The notes under the pieces are model-generated. The model had not been told where the DNA came from. It made no database searches and worked only from the letters and a program-made list of their open reading frames with translations. Below, piece by piece: positions 35,076 to 58,600 of a stretch of 64,000 nt of DNA. Within the stretch, counting starts at the first letter, position 1, and the number at the start of each line of letters is the position of its first letter. The translations under genes and the position numbers were made by a program. Source of the stretch: Daphnia carinata (Eukaryota); contig NC_081331.1 of assembly GCF_022539665.2 (NCBI RefSeq), positions 5,828,001 to 5,892,000 of the forward strand, given 5' to 3'.

Positions 35076-38000
35076 TTAATCAAGAGTTTCTTCGTCATAA
35101 TTTTTCTGTTACCTATAGATTTGTTTGGTTGTTATATCCAGATCTTTACATTGGTAAGGCATAACAAACCGAACTAGATCTTCTAAATGAGTCAGACGTA
35201 CGGCGCGTACCCACTAGGTTCCAGGTACACGTTGTATTTAAACTCTGGTTTTCATTGCCTTAAGTAATTTCTCTTCGACACTAGTTTTCGCACCTGTTTG
35301 TTCGGATAGTTCTGAAAAATTGCAAATATTTTATAACGTAGGAAGTTTTATCGACGCTTCGAAACCGAGGGAAGGGGTATTCTAAAATCCATGTTGGCCG
35401 AATCTATCTTTCCAACCCGTGCTTTTCGGTATCCAACCTTTAGCCTTTAGACTTACCAGTTACAGTAACTCAATTTCCTTAGCTTTACTGCTACAGTGTA
35501 TATACACCTAGGAAACAGTAAAATCCTAGTGGCATCCATTGTATAGCTTTAGTTCTAACGAGTTCTTTCCTGTTATTCTTACATTATAGATCCATTACAA
35601 CCGCATCTACAAGGGTGACAACGTTTGTAGTTGACAAAATGAAAAATCGCGTGTAGCTGCCGAAACCCATCATAAAGCTTTCCACAGAGCGGCCGTTTTC
35701 CGGTCATGGCTGTCTGTTTACATCGTCAAATTCAAAAGGAAGGGTGAAATGGCGCCGGAGCAATTTAGAAGGGTGATACCACTTCAGAAGGAAGGTCAGT
35801 GCAAAAAATGTAGATTAGCGAATGATGTGATCTAGCATAAAGTACGTATCTTTACGCATCTGTTATGAAAGAAAGGTGTCTGGATTGCACCAACTTGATC
35901 CGATATTGTTATGCCTAGCAACCGCGGATGTTAAGAGGCTCTAATTTATTTTTTCTTTACTTCGTTATAATTTTTTTTTATTAATTCCCGCGTCTGCGTC
36001 AAATTATTTTATTTTTTCTTCGTTTTTTTTGGTTCGTGAACGTTCCAGAAGTTAATTTTATCGTTCTGTAAAATTTTATCGTCCAAGATAAGAATGTTAA
36101 AATGGAATCTTCCCCATTTTCGAATTTTTTCCGTGAGAAGTACAAGGAAGTTAGTAGTTTGCAAATACGGCCACAAGATGGCGATGAGTTTGCGACAGGG
36201 TTACTTTTTCTGCTAGCAAGACGCTTCAAACCGCAATTTGCTTCGTCATCACCAAAGTAACGGGCAACGAATAACATTAAACAGGGAATTGGCAAAAAAC
36301 ATTCGAACAATAACCTTAATCATTATTTACTCCAAAATTAGTGGAATCTCTACCCAACGTCATGCGAATTCTCTCCGCGAGTTTGTCACAGCTTTGACCA
36401 AGTTTTGCTTCCTCACTTCTCGTGAGATTTACTTGTTTTGATTTTGGCTAGAGTTCTAGGAGCTTCTTGATATGCGGAAGATCGTTTGACTTGATTAGAC
36501 AAGGGGCATGCGGTTACTTTAAATCTCATTTCCATGTCGCAGAAAAATAGTTTGCTACACAAGTAATGTTGGATTGTGGCGAAGGGTGTATTGTTACTTC
36601 ATAACTTGCCAATTATTTGGAATGTTTTAATGCAGAACAATGTGACGGGGAAGTTTAATTTGCGGATTAAGGATATTCTCACACGCGTACTGACCTGCTG
36701 ACCATGTCCTAACATTTTCAAGTACAAAAGCTTTGTTTTTTGTGTTATCTTTTTTCCGAAAATGACTAATGCGTAAACTTTACAACTGTCTTAAGCCGTT
36801 TCTTGCGTATCACCCGTAGTAAAAAGTCTGATGCACTGTAACTTACGCCGCCACCATTCACGAAATCGCGAGTGATTCATCGGGTTGCCATTTTACTGGG
36901 CACGGTTGACAGTAGGAATTCCCAACTTTTGACAGTCGGAAGTTGCTATGGCGTGCATTTGGTCGAGTTGACTCGCGAACCCCATGTTAAAAAAAATTCA
37001 ATCTTGAATATCTTCTTTGGACCCCCTTCTCCCGTTTCGTTCACACTTGAACCGCCGCAAGTCCCGGAAGCGTGTTAATCCATAATCGAAAGAAGAAAAA
37101 AAAACCGCGACTTGGACGAATAAAAGTGAAAACCAAAACCAAACTTACAAACACAAATGTCTTTGGTTTCCGATAGATGATAGTAGAAAAAAGAAGTTGA
37201 AATGTAGTAAAAAAAATTTAACCCAAAATGTGAACGCCCCGTGTGTATTTAGATGTTTTCATCACTGTAGCAACTCGTTTGAGCATTAGGAATTGACATG
37301 AATTTTTTCACGATTTGCGAAGGTCATTTAAAAATCGTATGCGTTTTGCGTGGGGTTTTGAATCTCTCGGCGTGACGACATCTTTCAACAAAGTCACGAA
37401 GAAAATATGCGCCGGCTTATTATACAGAAAGTATGGACACTGCCAGTGGGTGTGTGAACAAAGAGTCAAGCAACGTTTGCTTTCTCTCTTGGCGTGACTC
37501 AGTCTAGGACTTCAGCTTGACTTAATCGCCCCAGCCAATTCTATTTGTATTCTTCCTACAGAGTCCGCTAGTATCGCTATCGAATAGATTCCAAGAAAAC
37601 AGGAATTTTATTGACTACCTGTAAAAAAAAAAAAAAATGAAGAAAACCAGTTTTAAATAACTTCCGTTCGTTTCCTTACACGTCTCGCGTTTTCTTCGCA
37701 TTGGCAAATAACACGCTTCCGAGTATTGGACGAAAAATTAATGCCCGAACAACAAATGTATTCTCACGGGCCGAAAGTCACTTGCTCGGGGAGAATACAC
37801 CTGTGTTACGCTCAGAAAATCAAGGTTGAAATTCGTAGAATTATTTTTATTTTCATGTATAAGCTTTCTAGGAATTGAATAGGCATAATGGCACATAATT
37901 TTTTTTTTTCTTTTAACTGGACACTAAAAATTTAATAGCTTCTTGAAAGAAGATGTTGGCAAAGCGAGACGTTCCAATTGAACTGTGGTGATCAAGTTCA

Positions 38001-38283
38001 AGGATTTAGACGGCTGGTGAACGCCAACACGCCCACGAATCTCCGCCGAAGCAGAATTCCTGCCGGATGTCCTCCTCGAAAAAAAAAACCGGAAGAAAGA
38101 AACTCGTATTCCCTTTAATAATTTTTCAAGTACAGATGAACTAACGAGGTCAAACGTTGACACAAAGGGAAGCTGTAGTTTCCTTGGTGATGATTTGCTT
38201 TCCTCAAGAATGACTTGAAACAAAGAATGCTCAATTCCGTAATACTAGTCCAGAAACCCCGCCTTCTTCCGTAGACCGAACGA

Positions 38284-38526
38284 TGAGTCACGCCGAAATT
38301 CCGTTCTTTTAAAACACGTTCGAGCGGGACGTTGAAGGAATCTCCCAGGTTTTTTTTTTTTTTTTTTCCCGATGACTAAGGCCCTCTGGCGGTTCAAGAC
38401 TCCGTTAGCGTTCCGGTCTTTGCGGCTGGCGTTTCCGAGTCACGTGACCTGTCGTGAAAGCGTGCATGCACGAGAGAGCCCCTCCCATAAATTTTCATGT
38501 TCCCGCGCACGGCAATCGTATATAAG
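38284..38526 (+). promoter_or_regulatory. MMP proximal promoter: AP-1 site, kB-like site, TATA-like box
   Basis: TGAGTCA at 38284-38290, GGAATCTCCC at 38337-38346 (reverse complement GGGAGATTCC), TATATAAG at 38519-38526. Confidence 0.5.
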
Positions 38527-38812
38527 TAAGCATTCGACGGGTTGACGGAGCCGGACTCATTCATTTCTCTGCCACCGACCAATATCCATTGCACTTCGCT
38601 CACGTTTTCTTTTTCTTTCTTCCAATTTCAATTTTTTTTATCGCCTTTCCGTTTCTTCGTTTCGTATTTTTCGAACGACATAAACATCTATCCTCCATGT
38701 GCGACATACATCGGCGAGAGATTCGTTTTTATTACTACACCAGTGCCGTCTAGGAGTAGTTTTTCGATTGATGTACATTGTGATATTAAACTTTGTTGGG
38801 TGTTCTACAAAA

Positions 38813-46623
<7,811 letters not shown>

Positions 46624-49600
46624 TAAAGCAGTTTTTCGTTTTGAGTCTGCCTCTTGTGTTTGCCCTCACCACAAGTTTTGCGTTAGCGTGTGAATACGAA
46701 AGTGAACCGATAGCGCTGCACACACGTCCATAGACTGGGCTGTTGTGCGCTGTCTTGCAGAGACGATAGAAGAGATGAACTGTCTCTTGTGTTTTGCTCC
46801 TTGTGTATATTCAATGATGCCTATTGTGTGTCTATTTTAGGGACCAGTGCTATACACACAGACGCTTGATCTACCGAGTGTCTGTCCGCATTACGATTGT
46901 TCTCTCATAAATGATCGATCGACTCCCCCTTTTTTTTTTTTTTTTTTTTATACAGTACCGATTGAGTGCGCGCGTGTGTGTATACGTCTCGTGTTTTTGT
47001 TTTGGGTAGTTGCTTTCATTTTTCCCTCTTGTGTGTCTCGCGCACTTGTATCTCGAATGTATTGTGTATAGAACTGTATAGAACGTCTGCGAATGATCGA
47101 GCATCTCTATTTACACGGCTGTCTAGCCCCCTGCAGTGCGCAATCCTTTAAAGGTTAAGTGAGGTACGTTAGGAGCGCCAGAAAAATAAGAGAACAGGGT
47201 TAAAGCTTTGTATTGTGTAAACGTGTCGATGACTTCATATTTTTGACCCCACAAAGAACTCAAGTTATTTTTTTTTGTTTGTTATGAGAGGCGCCATTTT
47301 TATTGAGTAGATTGTTTTTTTTTTTTTTTTTTAAATAACGTATATGTGTATGCTATAAGGAAATGGAACGACCGCCCGTTTTTATCAAAGTCACATGTTT
47401 TGTTGGGTCCGTGTGGTTTGAATGTTGCGCCGGAAGTTTGGGATGAAATGTACTCTCGTTTGTATTTCCGTTCTTGTCTATTTTTTTTCTTTTCAATCTT
47501 TTTTTCTGTTAACAAAAAAAGAGAAAAGGTCGCAATGGATTCATTGAGTTGGAATCCGTCGCTTGTAACCGTGACGATGATGATGTCATACGAAAATACA
47601 TGAAAAGAACGAAAATTTATACATTCAACTACATCACCATACACTATATACGCGCATGTATATATAGTAGTATATACACAGTCTATCAAAAGCATTCACC
47701 CTGAACAACAACAGCCTTTCCCCTCGTCCTACCAGAAGGGACTTAAAAAAAAAAAGGAAGAGAATCAAGAGTTGTGTCTATTGATTGCGGTGTGACGGTG
47801 ACAGATGCACACAGCATCGCCCCCTTCTCTTGTACATATATTTCTCTCTCTCTGAAAAAAAAAAAAAAAAAAAAGAGAGAACCCTCTACTTATTCAATTC
47901 GTCGTCTTTTTATCCTCTCCCCCCCCCCCGACTTGCATCTCGAATGTTTTGAAAAAGGATTTATATCGTCAGCCGAGCATCACATACTGTTGTGCCCATT
48001 AGTCTGGTAGTGTGTGTGTGTATGTGCATACTCAGAGTCATCCATCTGTCTATTATTTTAGAGAGTAAAGATAGCGAAGGCGGCGCATAAATCAATGCAC
48101 GGTCCAGAAGCTTTGATTCACGAAGCAAATCGTGATTAAAACGCAGCAATTTGCCATCGGATATACACCAGCCTTGCAGAGTCCAGTGTTGTTTTTATCG
48201 ATGTTTCTCGAGAGGCCGGGGACGCAATCGGTCGACACTGAGCTGGAATTAATTGACATTGGGCCGCGCTCAGCTATTCCACTGTCCTTGGCAGTGATAC
48301 GGTCGAATTGCACTTTGCCTATGGGAGCGCTAAGCAACGGGCAAAAGAAAAAAAAAAAAGGGGGAAATAGACGATCGGATTTAAAATCCTTTTGCTGTTT
48401 GGAGAACTGCTAGAAAAGTAATATTAGGAAAGAGATCAACTATCATCGTATAAAAGAGAGGCAGAGAGTCTTTGCACAGTCTGAGCGTTTGCACATGCAG
48501 TCCTTTTCCAACAAGGACGAAAACTTGAGCTTTAACTCGTCCGGAATGTACGAGGCGCTTTAACAAACAACTTCCCGTTTTTCCTTTTTTTTTTTGTACA
48601 TTCGCATATGTATATAGAAGGCGAACGAATAGAACTTCTCTCGATATGCTATAGTATCAACTGTAGTGCCAGTTGCTTTTATGGCAATATTTTTTTTTTC
48701 TTTCTTGGACGATCCGGAAAACAGCCATCAAGGAGGTTGGATTGAAAGAAAAAAGGATTTGCCAAACATCGGACGGGCGGCAACATGTGAGCAGCACTCT
48801 CTCTCTCTCTCTCTCTCTTTTTGATGGATCAATATTGATACAGTCATACGTTATATTATTGTTCGGTTGATGGTGCGTAGACTCCGTGTATAAATAAGAA
48901 AGAAAAGAAAAAAAAAGGAGGGGAAAGAGTGGCGGATAAAACACGATATGATCCATCAACAGCAGCCTTATAGAACAGCTCTCTTAGCACCACTTTGAAG
49001 AGAGAGATGGAAACTGTTGTTGACACTTGGTGACTTTCACTAGACCGTGGCTACCCTCTTGTATTTGAATATTTCATCAATGTATGCATAAAATTTCACT
49101 ATTTTTCATCCCCCCCCCCACACTTTATTTCTTTTCGTGTACAGAATATTTGTTCGTGACGTGCGTGATTTTTTCTATCAATATTTGAAAGGACAATCCC
49201 TTGTAGATCCGTCTGAACTGCCCTTTTTTTTTTCTAGACAGCCATGATAAACATAAGGCTGAACTTATCATGTCCGACACTTAAACGTGTAACACTTGAC
49301 AAAATAGTCTGACTCACATTTTTATTAAAATTATTATTTATTTCTCTTTTTCCGGTTCACGTATTCAACAGTTTTCAGGACGCTCTACTTTCAACAATTC
49401 ATTCGAGTCGAACTCTTGTGTCTACCTTTCTCTCTTTCAATCTTTCAGACACCAATTCGCATTTCTCCGAAATGTTTCTCATTTCTTGCCTTCTTTTTTT
49501 TTTTGGTTTAAAAATTTTTTATTGCAAAAAATGTGAGACGTATTAAAATAACTGGGGCGGACCCAATTTCTCCGAAACCCCCCTCCAGTCGTTCAAAAAA

Positions 49601-52600
49601 CACAGACGAATAGAACTGGAGGCGCTTCACGATTTATGGCCCCAATATATTCAAAAAAAGAGATCCGGGTTTGCCCTGTTTATTTGGCAAATCTGTAGTC
49701 ACTGTGTTGGCTATAAATATACACATGTACAAGGCATATCACGGTACAATAACTTAAACAAAAAAAAAAAAAAAAAAAAAAAAAATAAATAAAGGATATT
49801 ATTCAGAGAGTAACCCGACGAACAAGATCGGGAGAGAGAACGAGATTGGGCTAAAAGAGCGGCGCAAGGGCGGGCGGGCTGACGGCCGAAAGCAATCCCC
49901 TTGATATTCGCAGCCGTCATTACTTATTCTGTCCGCCGCTTTGTACATAAGCTTTTTACTTGTAACAAGACGGACGGACACGAGCAGTGAATTCAATTAG
50001 AAAAGAAAGATCCGCCAGCAGCAGCAGCCGTTTTCCATTATCATTGAAAGTGAGGAATACATTACACGGTCTTGTAACGATATAAATGCGTAAATAAATA
50101 GGGCACGCTCCTACACGCGGCTCGCCTTATTTCTCTTGTTTGGTCGCTTATAATGTGAACGCAATCCATCTGTGCTGCCAACTTCCCTTCTTCCTTCTCC
50201 CCCCCCCCCTTTTTTTTCCCCTTCTTCTTCTTTTCTTTTTGTACCCCCTCCCCCCTTACTATACCATACAGACAGAGAACTGCAATCCAAGTTGGTGTTG
50301 ACCCGAACTTTTTTTTTTCGATCCGGCTGGCAGTCTGTTCCAGGCCCCCACGCCTTTTTCCCACCTCCGCAAAAGTCTCAGCCACATATGTTGTTTTTAT
50401 GTATATATATATAGCGTGATGTTGGATCATCATTTATATGAACCCTCTCCATTTTGTCCACCCCTCCCAATGCATATCGCTGAATAGACATAATGGCTGA
50501 TTCATCAGCTGTGATAATCCCACCGGCCTTTCAAAGCTCCGCCCTAACGGATCCGTCCGTTTATTGGTGCTGTTTTTGTCTGCGTGTCAATAATTAGGGC
50601 TGATCCCTCTACATCCCGTCTGTCGTCAGAATTCATCCGAGCATTTAAACAAAATAAATGTTGATTGCAATTCAGCGATGCTTTTAATCGCAAACGAACG
50701 ACGCAATAAAAAAGAGGGAAGAAACTTTTCTTATTTTACATTCGAGATAATAGATGTTAATGTACACAGGGACTAATAAAAGTGTTTTTTTTTTTTTTTT
50801 TGTTAAAGAAAAAAACTTTTATTTTATTTTATTTTTTTTTTTTTTTGAGTCGGCTACTTGTGTAACCCGAGTTGATTGACTCGTTTCAGTTTGACTTGTT
50901 TAACACTGCGCGCAGCCGGCACAGCATGTAGACACATCACTACGCTTTTGGGTCCCCCCCCCAGAAAGTTCACTTTGACAAGTCTTGTTATACGACGATG
51001 CTGACTCGAGGGAGGTCTGATTATGCAAATTGTTTCTTATACGCAAAAAAGAAACTTTTGTTGAACTTTTCGAAAAAAAATAAAAGATGGGGGCGAATGG
51101 GGTCGGCCATCAAGTCGGCGGTAGAACACGGCTTAATCAAGTCACATTCGTCACGAAGGTCAGGAAGTTGTCGCCCACTTTGCCTTTCCCCCCCTTTTTT
51201 TTTTTCTTTTTCAATCCCTTCCTATTTTATTCACGTCGACTAGATATAGTCAATCTGCGGCCACCTTCTCCCCTCCCCCCCTTCTGATTTTTAAATATTC
51301 TATCCGCGCTGGTGGTTTAAAACGAAGGGCTGGGATTCAATCATTCAAAAGGCCCCACACACACACCCTACGACATTCGAGCAGGGTAATGAACTCCTTG
51401 GCTGCGAGGGACCCTTCCCTATAAGATGTATACTAGCGTGTGTCTCTCTTCTGATGAATAGAATCTTCAATAAGATGCTAATATCACCAAGGCCCCAACA
51501 ATTTATGGGGAAACTGCCCTTTTGAATCGATCGAGGCTTTTAAAGAGTTATAACGCAGCGCCAATATTACACGATTGGATGCTATCCTCAATTGTCAATT
51601 TTTGCATGTGAAAGAAATTCTTTATGATCACTTTTTTTTTGTTGTTGTTCAGACATCTCTGTTACTGCGGCGGTAAAAAAAAAGAAGGGAAAATGCCTTC
51701 ACGAAAAAAAAAAAAGCCGTGCACGTTGAGAAAAAAATCGAATTTGAAATGTTGGGGCCAAATACAAAAAAAAAAAAAAGGGGGACCATTCATTCGGTTG
51801 AATTGCAACACAAAATTCGATAGCTGTCTTGTATGTGTATAGAAATGACGCATTCCTTCGATTTAAAAAAAAAGAAAAAAAAAAAGAAAAGTGATGCCCA
51901 AATTGAAAGGCAGCTTGATGGGACTTTTATAGGAACTCAAGCGGAAACAAGAAGATTACAACACAAAAAAAAAGGAGGGAGAAAGAAATCAATGTGTGAA
52001 TGTTATATACGTATATATATATATTTAAAAAAAAAAAAAAAGGATAGGGAACATCCAATTATATTCGACTGCTCTATTGGTTTCGACAGCGTTCAAAACC
52101 ATTTGATTCCCACTTTGATTCACATTTCAATTGGTAGGCTGTCAACCGTCTCTTCAAAGGCGCAAAAAAAAAATTGTTCTTTGTATATGCTATTCTTTTT
52201 TATTCTTCTTTATTGCTACTTTAACCTACAAAGAGGTTACACTCTGTTGTATATATAAATGTCTGTATCATGCTTATCACAAGTAACGTGACGCCAATCA
52301 ACTTTAATCTATAGACGTAAAATGGGAAGACAACAAAAGATCTATACTCGTCACATGTCCGCACAGTTCATCGAAGAACGTCCTAATTGGACGAGATATC
52401 GAGTTCGCCAGAAAGACTGTGCGGACGTTTCCCGAAAACAAGGGCGAGACAAACAACAATTTGTTTCGCAGTTCTTGCTGATTGTGCCCTACTGTACTTG
52501 AGGATCAATGTTGTTTGTTGTCTTTTAGCTCTCCCCCCCCCCCCTCACGTCCCCAGATTCTTCTTGTTATAGTAACTAACTTCGAAAGGCGACACCCAGT

Positions 52601-55600
52601 CATCAATGGCCCCTGTAAATTTAGCTGATCAAAAAAAAAAAAAAAGTGTCATGATTTCAACAAAAATCAATAAAGACTTTTATAATGAGACGCCTCGGCA
52701 AAATCAAGCGTGTATTGTTTGATTCAATATTTTCGTTTTGAGCATTTAGAATTGATTGAATGATTGGATTAGTTTCACTGCTCGAAATTGAACTAATTGT
52801 ATAGGGGGACGTGTAATGCACCCAGCCGCTGTTTACAGTTTTAGAGGATCTCGTTGTTTGACAAGCGCAGTCAGCAGCCATGATAAAGTGAAGCGAAAAG
52901 ACGTACGTAATGTTTCCGCTGACTGATTCTTCGAACCGAACGTGATTTCATCACAATTCGTCCAGTCGTCAGAGTGTGTGTGTGTACATTGTACATAAAG
53001 AGCTAATTAAATAGAGTTGCATTTGACGTAGGACCTTTCTTCATACGGATGTACATCTTGAAACGTCGCCCTCCTCCCCCTCCTCCTTCCATTTTATTTT
53101 TCTGTTCCTCCTCTCCCATTTTCGCAAATAATTTCAAACTTTCATTACGGTGAAAGGTTCGCTAGAAAATTAACGCACCCCTTCAAGCAAAAATTGGACT
53201 TCAAAAGGCAAAGAGTCTCGTCCTACGTTACAAGCGCGTGCCATTTTTTTTCATTTTTTTCGTCTTAGTACAGCACTCCAGATGATGCCTGACGTACGTA
53301 GGTAAAACTTACATTTCACGACGTGCTCTGTATGAGCATAGTTTCACCGAACTAAAAAGTTTAAAGTGCAGATTTTCAACAGGTTCTCTAGTACACGATG
53401 GGCTATGAACGTACATGTTATAGGCAGCAGGTTTAGTCAGCCGTTGCTAACCTTCTTGATTAATATTTGGCTGATTTGCGTTACATGGAAACGTTTAGCA
53501 GAGCTAAATCGCACTGTGGTGCACGCTGGCATTTGCATTAAGGCAATAATTAGCGAGTTACGAAGGCTCCTCGTGTAACTTGAATATTCAATTGCCTTTA
53601 CATGTTTAGGTGTTTCATTGTAGCTTAAGATTTTGTATGCGTGTTTCGAAATTGATGTTCGAAAAGCTATCGAGTGTTATGCGTGGGCGGTATAATTTCT
53701 CGACTGATGTCAATCCCGAGAGATGACCAGCGCACTCATTAAGCCTTTTGTCTATGCAATTGCAACTAGCACTGCATCGATAAAGCAAAATGAATCCATC
53801 CCGTTAGTGTGTCGCAATTTGGTAGTTGATAAAATGACGAAAGGTAAGACAGGATAAGAGTTGCATAACAAACGCAATCAAGGGATTGCCAAATGTTCGT
53901 GAGAAAATTTTTAATTACATGTCAAAGTGAAAAGAGAAAAGAAAATGCGGGTATCCCTATTTAAATTTCGCAGTGTAACGAGAAGAAAAAAAAAATTAAG
54001 CAAGAAAAGAAGGTTATAATGGCTATTAACAAGTTGATATGGCTTAATAACAAACAGAAAAACAAAAATCGTTTTTTCTTAGTTCTTCTGGCGGGAACAC
54101 TTGAGAAATTTGAAATGTACGGTAGAAACCAAGTCGTATATTCCGGCCTTACGGTGAACGGTCGGATCATTAGCCGTTCCGGCTTGTTCGTATTCAACTC
54201 ATCTGTTTCATTCACTATCGGACTTGGTAGAAATGTTTATATTTCGAGGGACACACCCAGTTGATTCGCACATATTGGGATCTTTGCCAATAAAGAAACG
54301 GTGAACCACGTCGCTTTCTATTAGTAACGCAACAACATTCGAATATATAGAACAACCGACTGATTTTGCAACGCTGGGAACCGCGAACGGCAAAATTTAC
54401 TTCCAAAAAAGAAATCGGTACTTTACGCAAAAGAAATTGGCAAACATTTCTTGGGAACGATTGTAAATCGCTGTACGACATGCACGACCGAATTGTTTAT
54501 CTCTGCTTCCAGGCTCAACAGGTGGTATGTCCATGTTTTTACCACACGGAATTGGGCTACATTTTTTCCAACGAAATAAGATGACAATTTAAGAAAAAGA
54601 AAAATGATGCAATTTTTTTTTTTCTTCAACCGCGGAAGCAGATAAAAAGACTCTGACTTTATCGCTTCATTTCAATAGTAATCTTATCTTGTGACAGCAC
54701 AAACTGGAACAACAGCAATGTCTTCAGTGCCAAGGGCAACTTGCATTTCAATACGGTACCGTCCCGGACGTTTTCTGATAAGATTTATGCGGAACGCTTC
54801 TGTATGTAGATAACCTTTGTGTACATCGACGTGAAATAAGACACCTTACAAGTGCTCTAGCCCCGAGCGTCAAGAGTTAAAGGGAAGACACTGAAAAGTA
54901 TAAAGTTCGGTTACAGATTGCGCACACAAAACATTGCGTCATATGTTGGGTGTTATTCCAAATGAGCTGAGAAATTAGAAATCTCAAACAAGGACACTAT
55001 GAGAGTCATTTTTCTATGTGACGTGTGCATACATACCACCATTTGTAAATGGTTTCCCTTTTCGGGAAAAACGCAATGATCTAATAGTCTGTTTAGTGCC
55101 AACAATTTTCGCTTAGCGATTAGACACCCAGACAAACACCGCCCATCATTTTCAACGTGTCACGTATAATTTTTTCCTGTTCTTAATCGATGGAATTTGA
55201 CATTTTGATTACACGCGTTTATTTACTAAAACAAGAGATTGCATTGTCACGTCTTTGTCCGCCATCATTAGTAGTCCAGCAACCAAACTAAATCACCTTG
55301 CGTTTTTGTTTGAGAAACGGCTCATTAAGATAATACAGTAGCTGCATTTTTAATCTGGCCACTGTAAAGGGACAAAAAAAAAAAATGAAACCGTGAAGCC
55401 GGTTGTCAAGGTGACCTAGATTCTTCATAGTGGGGCACACAATCGCCAATCAGCATATGTTGTTTTCGAATGCCAAAACAACCACGAAAAAGCAGCAGTG
55501 CATCAACAAACATTCCGAATAACAGCTAAAACTTATACTACGTCTTTTGCAATTATCAGGCATTTTAGATCTCTAATGCGCCTCGATATAAAGTCCGCCC

Positions 55601-58600
55601 ACGAAAATGTATATCAACTTCCCACTCTGCTAAAGTCTATCTAAAGCTCTCACATTCACAATAAGCCCCAGCGTTTTCTTCTGCATCTGCAAACTACATC
55701 CACCATCGAAAAAGCAAAGGACTTCTTTACCAAAAAAGATCACGTACAAAAGACGTTTTTTTTTTCCAAATTCATAACAAGACTGTGCAAGCTGATCGTG
55801 TACGTAGTACTTTGCACTTGTGAAGGATATATATATAGCCGGTGAGCCGTCCTTTGTAAAAACAACAGTTAGTGTGTGTGTGTGTGTGTCCTCCGTGTGC
55901 GTGCGCATCGTGCATATAGAAAAGCGCTTCAACGTCCAATTAATTCCCGAAAAGGGGGCTTATGTATGTATACGAGTTATTATATGCCAGCCAAGTTGGG
56001 CAAAAAGCATCCAAGGATTCTTCTTTGTGTACATGCACCCCGCACTAGAAATCCGAGGGGGGTCGTTGATGTCTCTGGAGTTCAAACATGCATAGTCTCT
56101 AGCCAATAATCCACCAGCAACAGTTTGATAAGTGTAAATCAAGCCTCATTATCCTTTGTATACACGTAATTAAAAACGGATAGCATGTCATTCAACTGTA
56201 CGAAGACTAGGCTTACACGCATTTTGATTAACGGGACTGACACATCGGCAAGTAAGCCTCTTGTTTTACCATAATCGTACGTGCAAACCTTAATAAGAAT
56301 ACAGGCCTCCATTTGTTTTGTTTTTTTGTTAGAGACATTGTAAATCATAACCAACGCAAAGGACTTCTATCCCGCCCTGTTCATAGCGTAGGCAGCCGGT
56401 GATGACCACACACACTGTCCCACACGCCAAGTAATGAATAATTAGTCCCGTTTCCCTCCCAAGAATCTTGATTGCTTGTGACGAGCAAGGTTGGAGGGGG
56501 ATAATGTTTTTATTTCGTCCATGTGTTGGCTATAGTTGCCCCGAGTTGAGGACAAATTTTGGCTTGTAAGCTTCGTACATCAAGCGAGACTTGGGGCAAC
56601 TCCAGATAGAACTTCCGTTTTCCTCTTTCCGGCCATGATTTTCCAGTAGGAACCACCACATTTCGTTTTGGACGTGCATGAAGCTGTGAAGTATCAGCTT
56701 CTGAATCTGTTCGTCCTTCAAATTATCGACTTTTGGTTTGGCTGAAAAAAAAACTTCAAGAAAGAAATCGACATTTTCTTCTTCGTTTTAACGTCGTCTG
56801 CACAATTTTGGTAATTGGCCATCATTCTGGTCAATCTCCAGTTTAACATTCAAATCTTGTCACAGTATTTACCATTAGAAGTCGACGTGCCATCACAAAC
56901 GATGAATCGATTTATTTTGACGAAATACATCACATGCCATCCTTTTTGGCCTAGTATATAAAGACCCTTTGTTATTCAGGTCGGTACCAGGACATCACAT
57001 TTAGATTCATGAAAAATCTACAGAAATAAGTTGATTATGGTAATACAATGCTTTCTGGAATACAATTTTAAAAAATAATAACGAAACAGAAAAAGGAAAT
57101 TCTCGTGAACGAGGATGCCACCAATTTCATCATCTCGCATATTTTTGTCTGTCTTTCTCTCTCCCCCCCCCCCCCCCTTCCTTTTTTTTTCTTTTCATTT
57201 TTAGCCATTTTCTTATTTCCAACGCACCACGTACGCGCCAGCGCAGACGACGTTTTCATTTCCCACCAGGCGCCGCCAGTGTCGCCGCAACCTGGAGGCA
57301 TTGTTCTGTTCGAGGCGCCCAACTTCGGCGGGCATTCCATAGTTGGACGGCAGAGGGTCAACAACACGCGTTGCAACTGCTCCCACAGCCGTAGCTCCCA
57401 TCGTGGTTTTTTCTCTCAACCAAAAACGACTCGTTCTATTTCACAGCGCCAGACAAATCGAAACTTGCTGCTCAAATGCACGTGTTTTGTTTTTTTCTCC
57501 ATTTCCTTCGACTGTGGTTTTCGACTCATCGTTTCGTTGTCTCGAGGTCGTGTGTTTGTGACAAGAGTGAAAGTGTGAATCACCAGTAGTTACGAACAAA
57601 ACGAAAGTCCAATTGTGTGGTCACCAGGGGAGAAAGGTACTTTCTGTGCTAAACATTTCGTTATCAGCCATAACGAAACACACACACACACACACACAAG
57701 AAAACAGACTCGAAACGACTCAAACTTCATCAACACTTACCTGGTTCGAAGCGTTTTGAACATTAAAGGAAATTATGATATCGTTTTTGTGGTGAGTGAG
57801 TCTACGACAAGTCGTTTGGGAAGTTATTATTACTATTCCCCTCCAACGGTTACATTATTGTGTTTTTCTTGGCCCGGAAGGTGTTTTTTTCTTCTTGTTG
57901 CTCAAAACGACAACAACAAACAGCACAGAAAAAGGAAAAAAAATCTTGTTTTGTGACTCTACCAAAAAACTTCAGTGTGGTCTGTGTGTTGGCCGAAAGC
58001 CTGGATCATCGCTCACGGTCAGTAAAAATCCATTTCTCATTTCTATAATACATTATTCTTTCGATTGTTTCCACCAAAAAAAAAAAATCTTATTCTCTCG
58101 TACCACGTTCAATGATGGATGAGATTTTTTTCGATTCAGTTGCGTTTCGCCCTTCTTGTGAAATCCGCCAACAATTCAAGGCTAATGAACCGGTCCCCCA
58201 CCTTTTTTTTTCAAATTCCCCTTTTAACTGAACCAGGAACCGATAGACACCGCCATTTAAAAATGTTAGTTTTGTCTTATCAGTCGCTCGCACGATTTGC
58301 AAAATGCACATGAATTGTTTTTCGTTTTTATCGGTTGAACGATGAAAAAAAAAACAAAAAACTTATCGTACCGGCGTGACACGTTTGACGACAAATGAGT
58401 TGCACCAGTTGTCTGTGCCATTTTCGCTTTTGGTTTTTTATTTTTTACGACAACGATGTGGGCGGGCGAATGGGAAACCCCGGCAGCAAACGACGCGAAG
58501 GATTTCCGTCTTTCTTGTTTGAACGAACAGCATTTTTTTTTTGTTCCTTTCCTTTTCGATTGGCGTTGCTCTCATGTTTTATGAGCCGTATTGGAATTGA

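Noticed and set aside
49197..49220. cccttgtagatccg resembling miR-10/miR-100
   Set aside because: The seed is imperfect, the 3' half does not match, and I see no hairpin partner.
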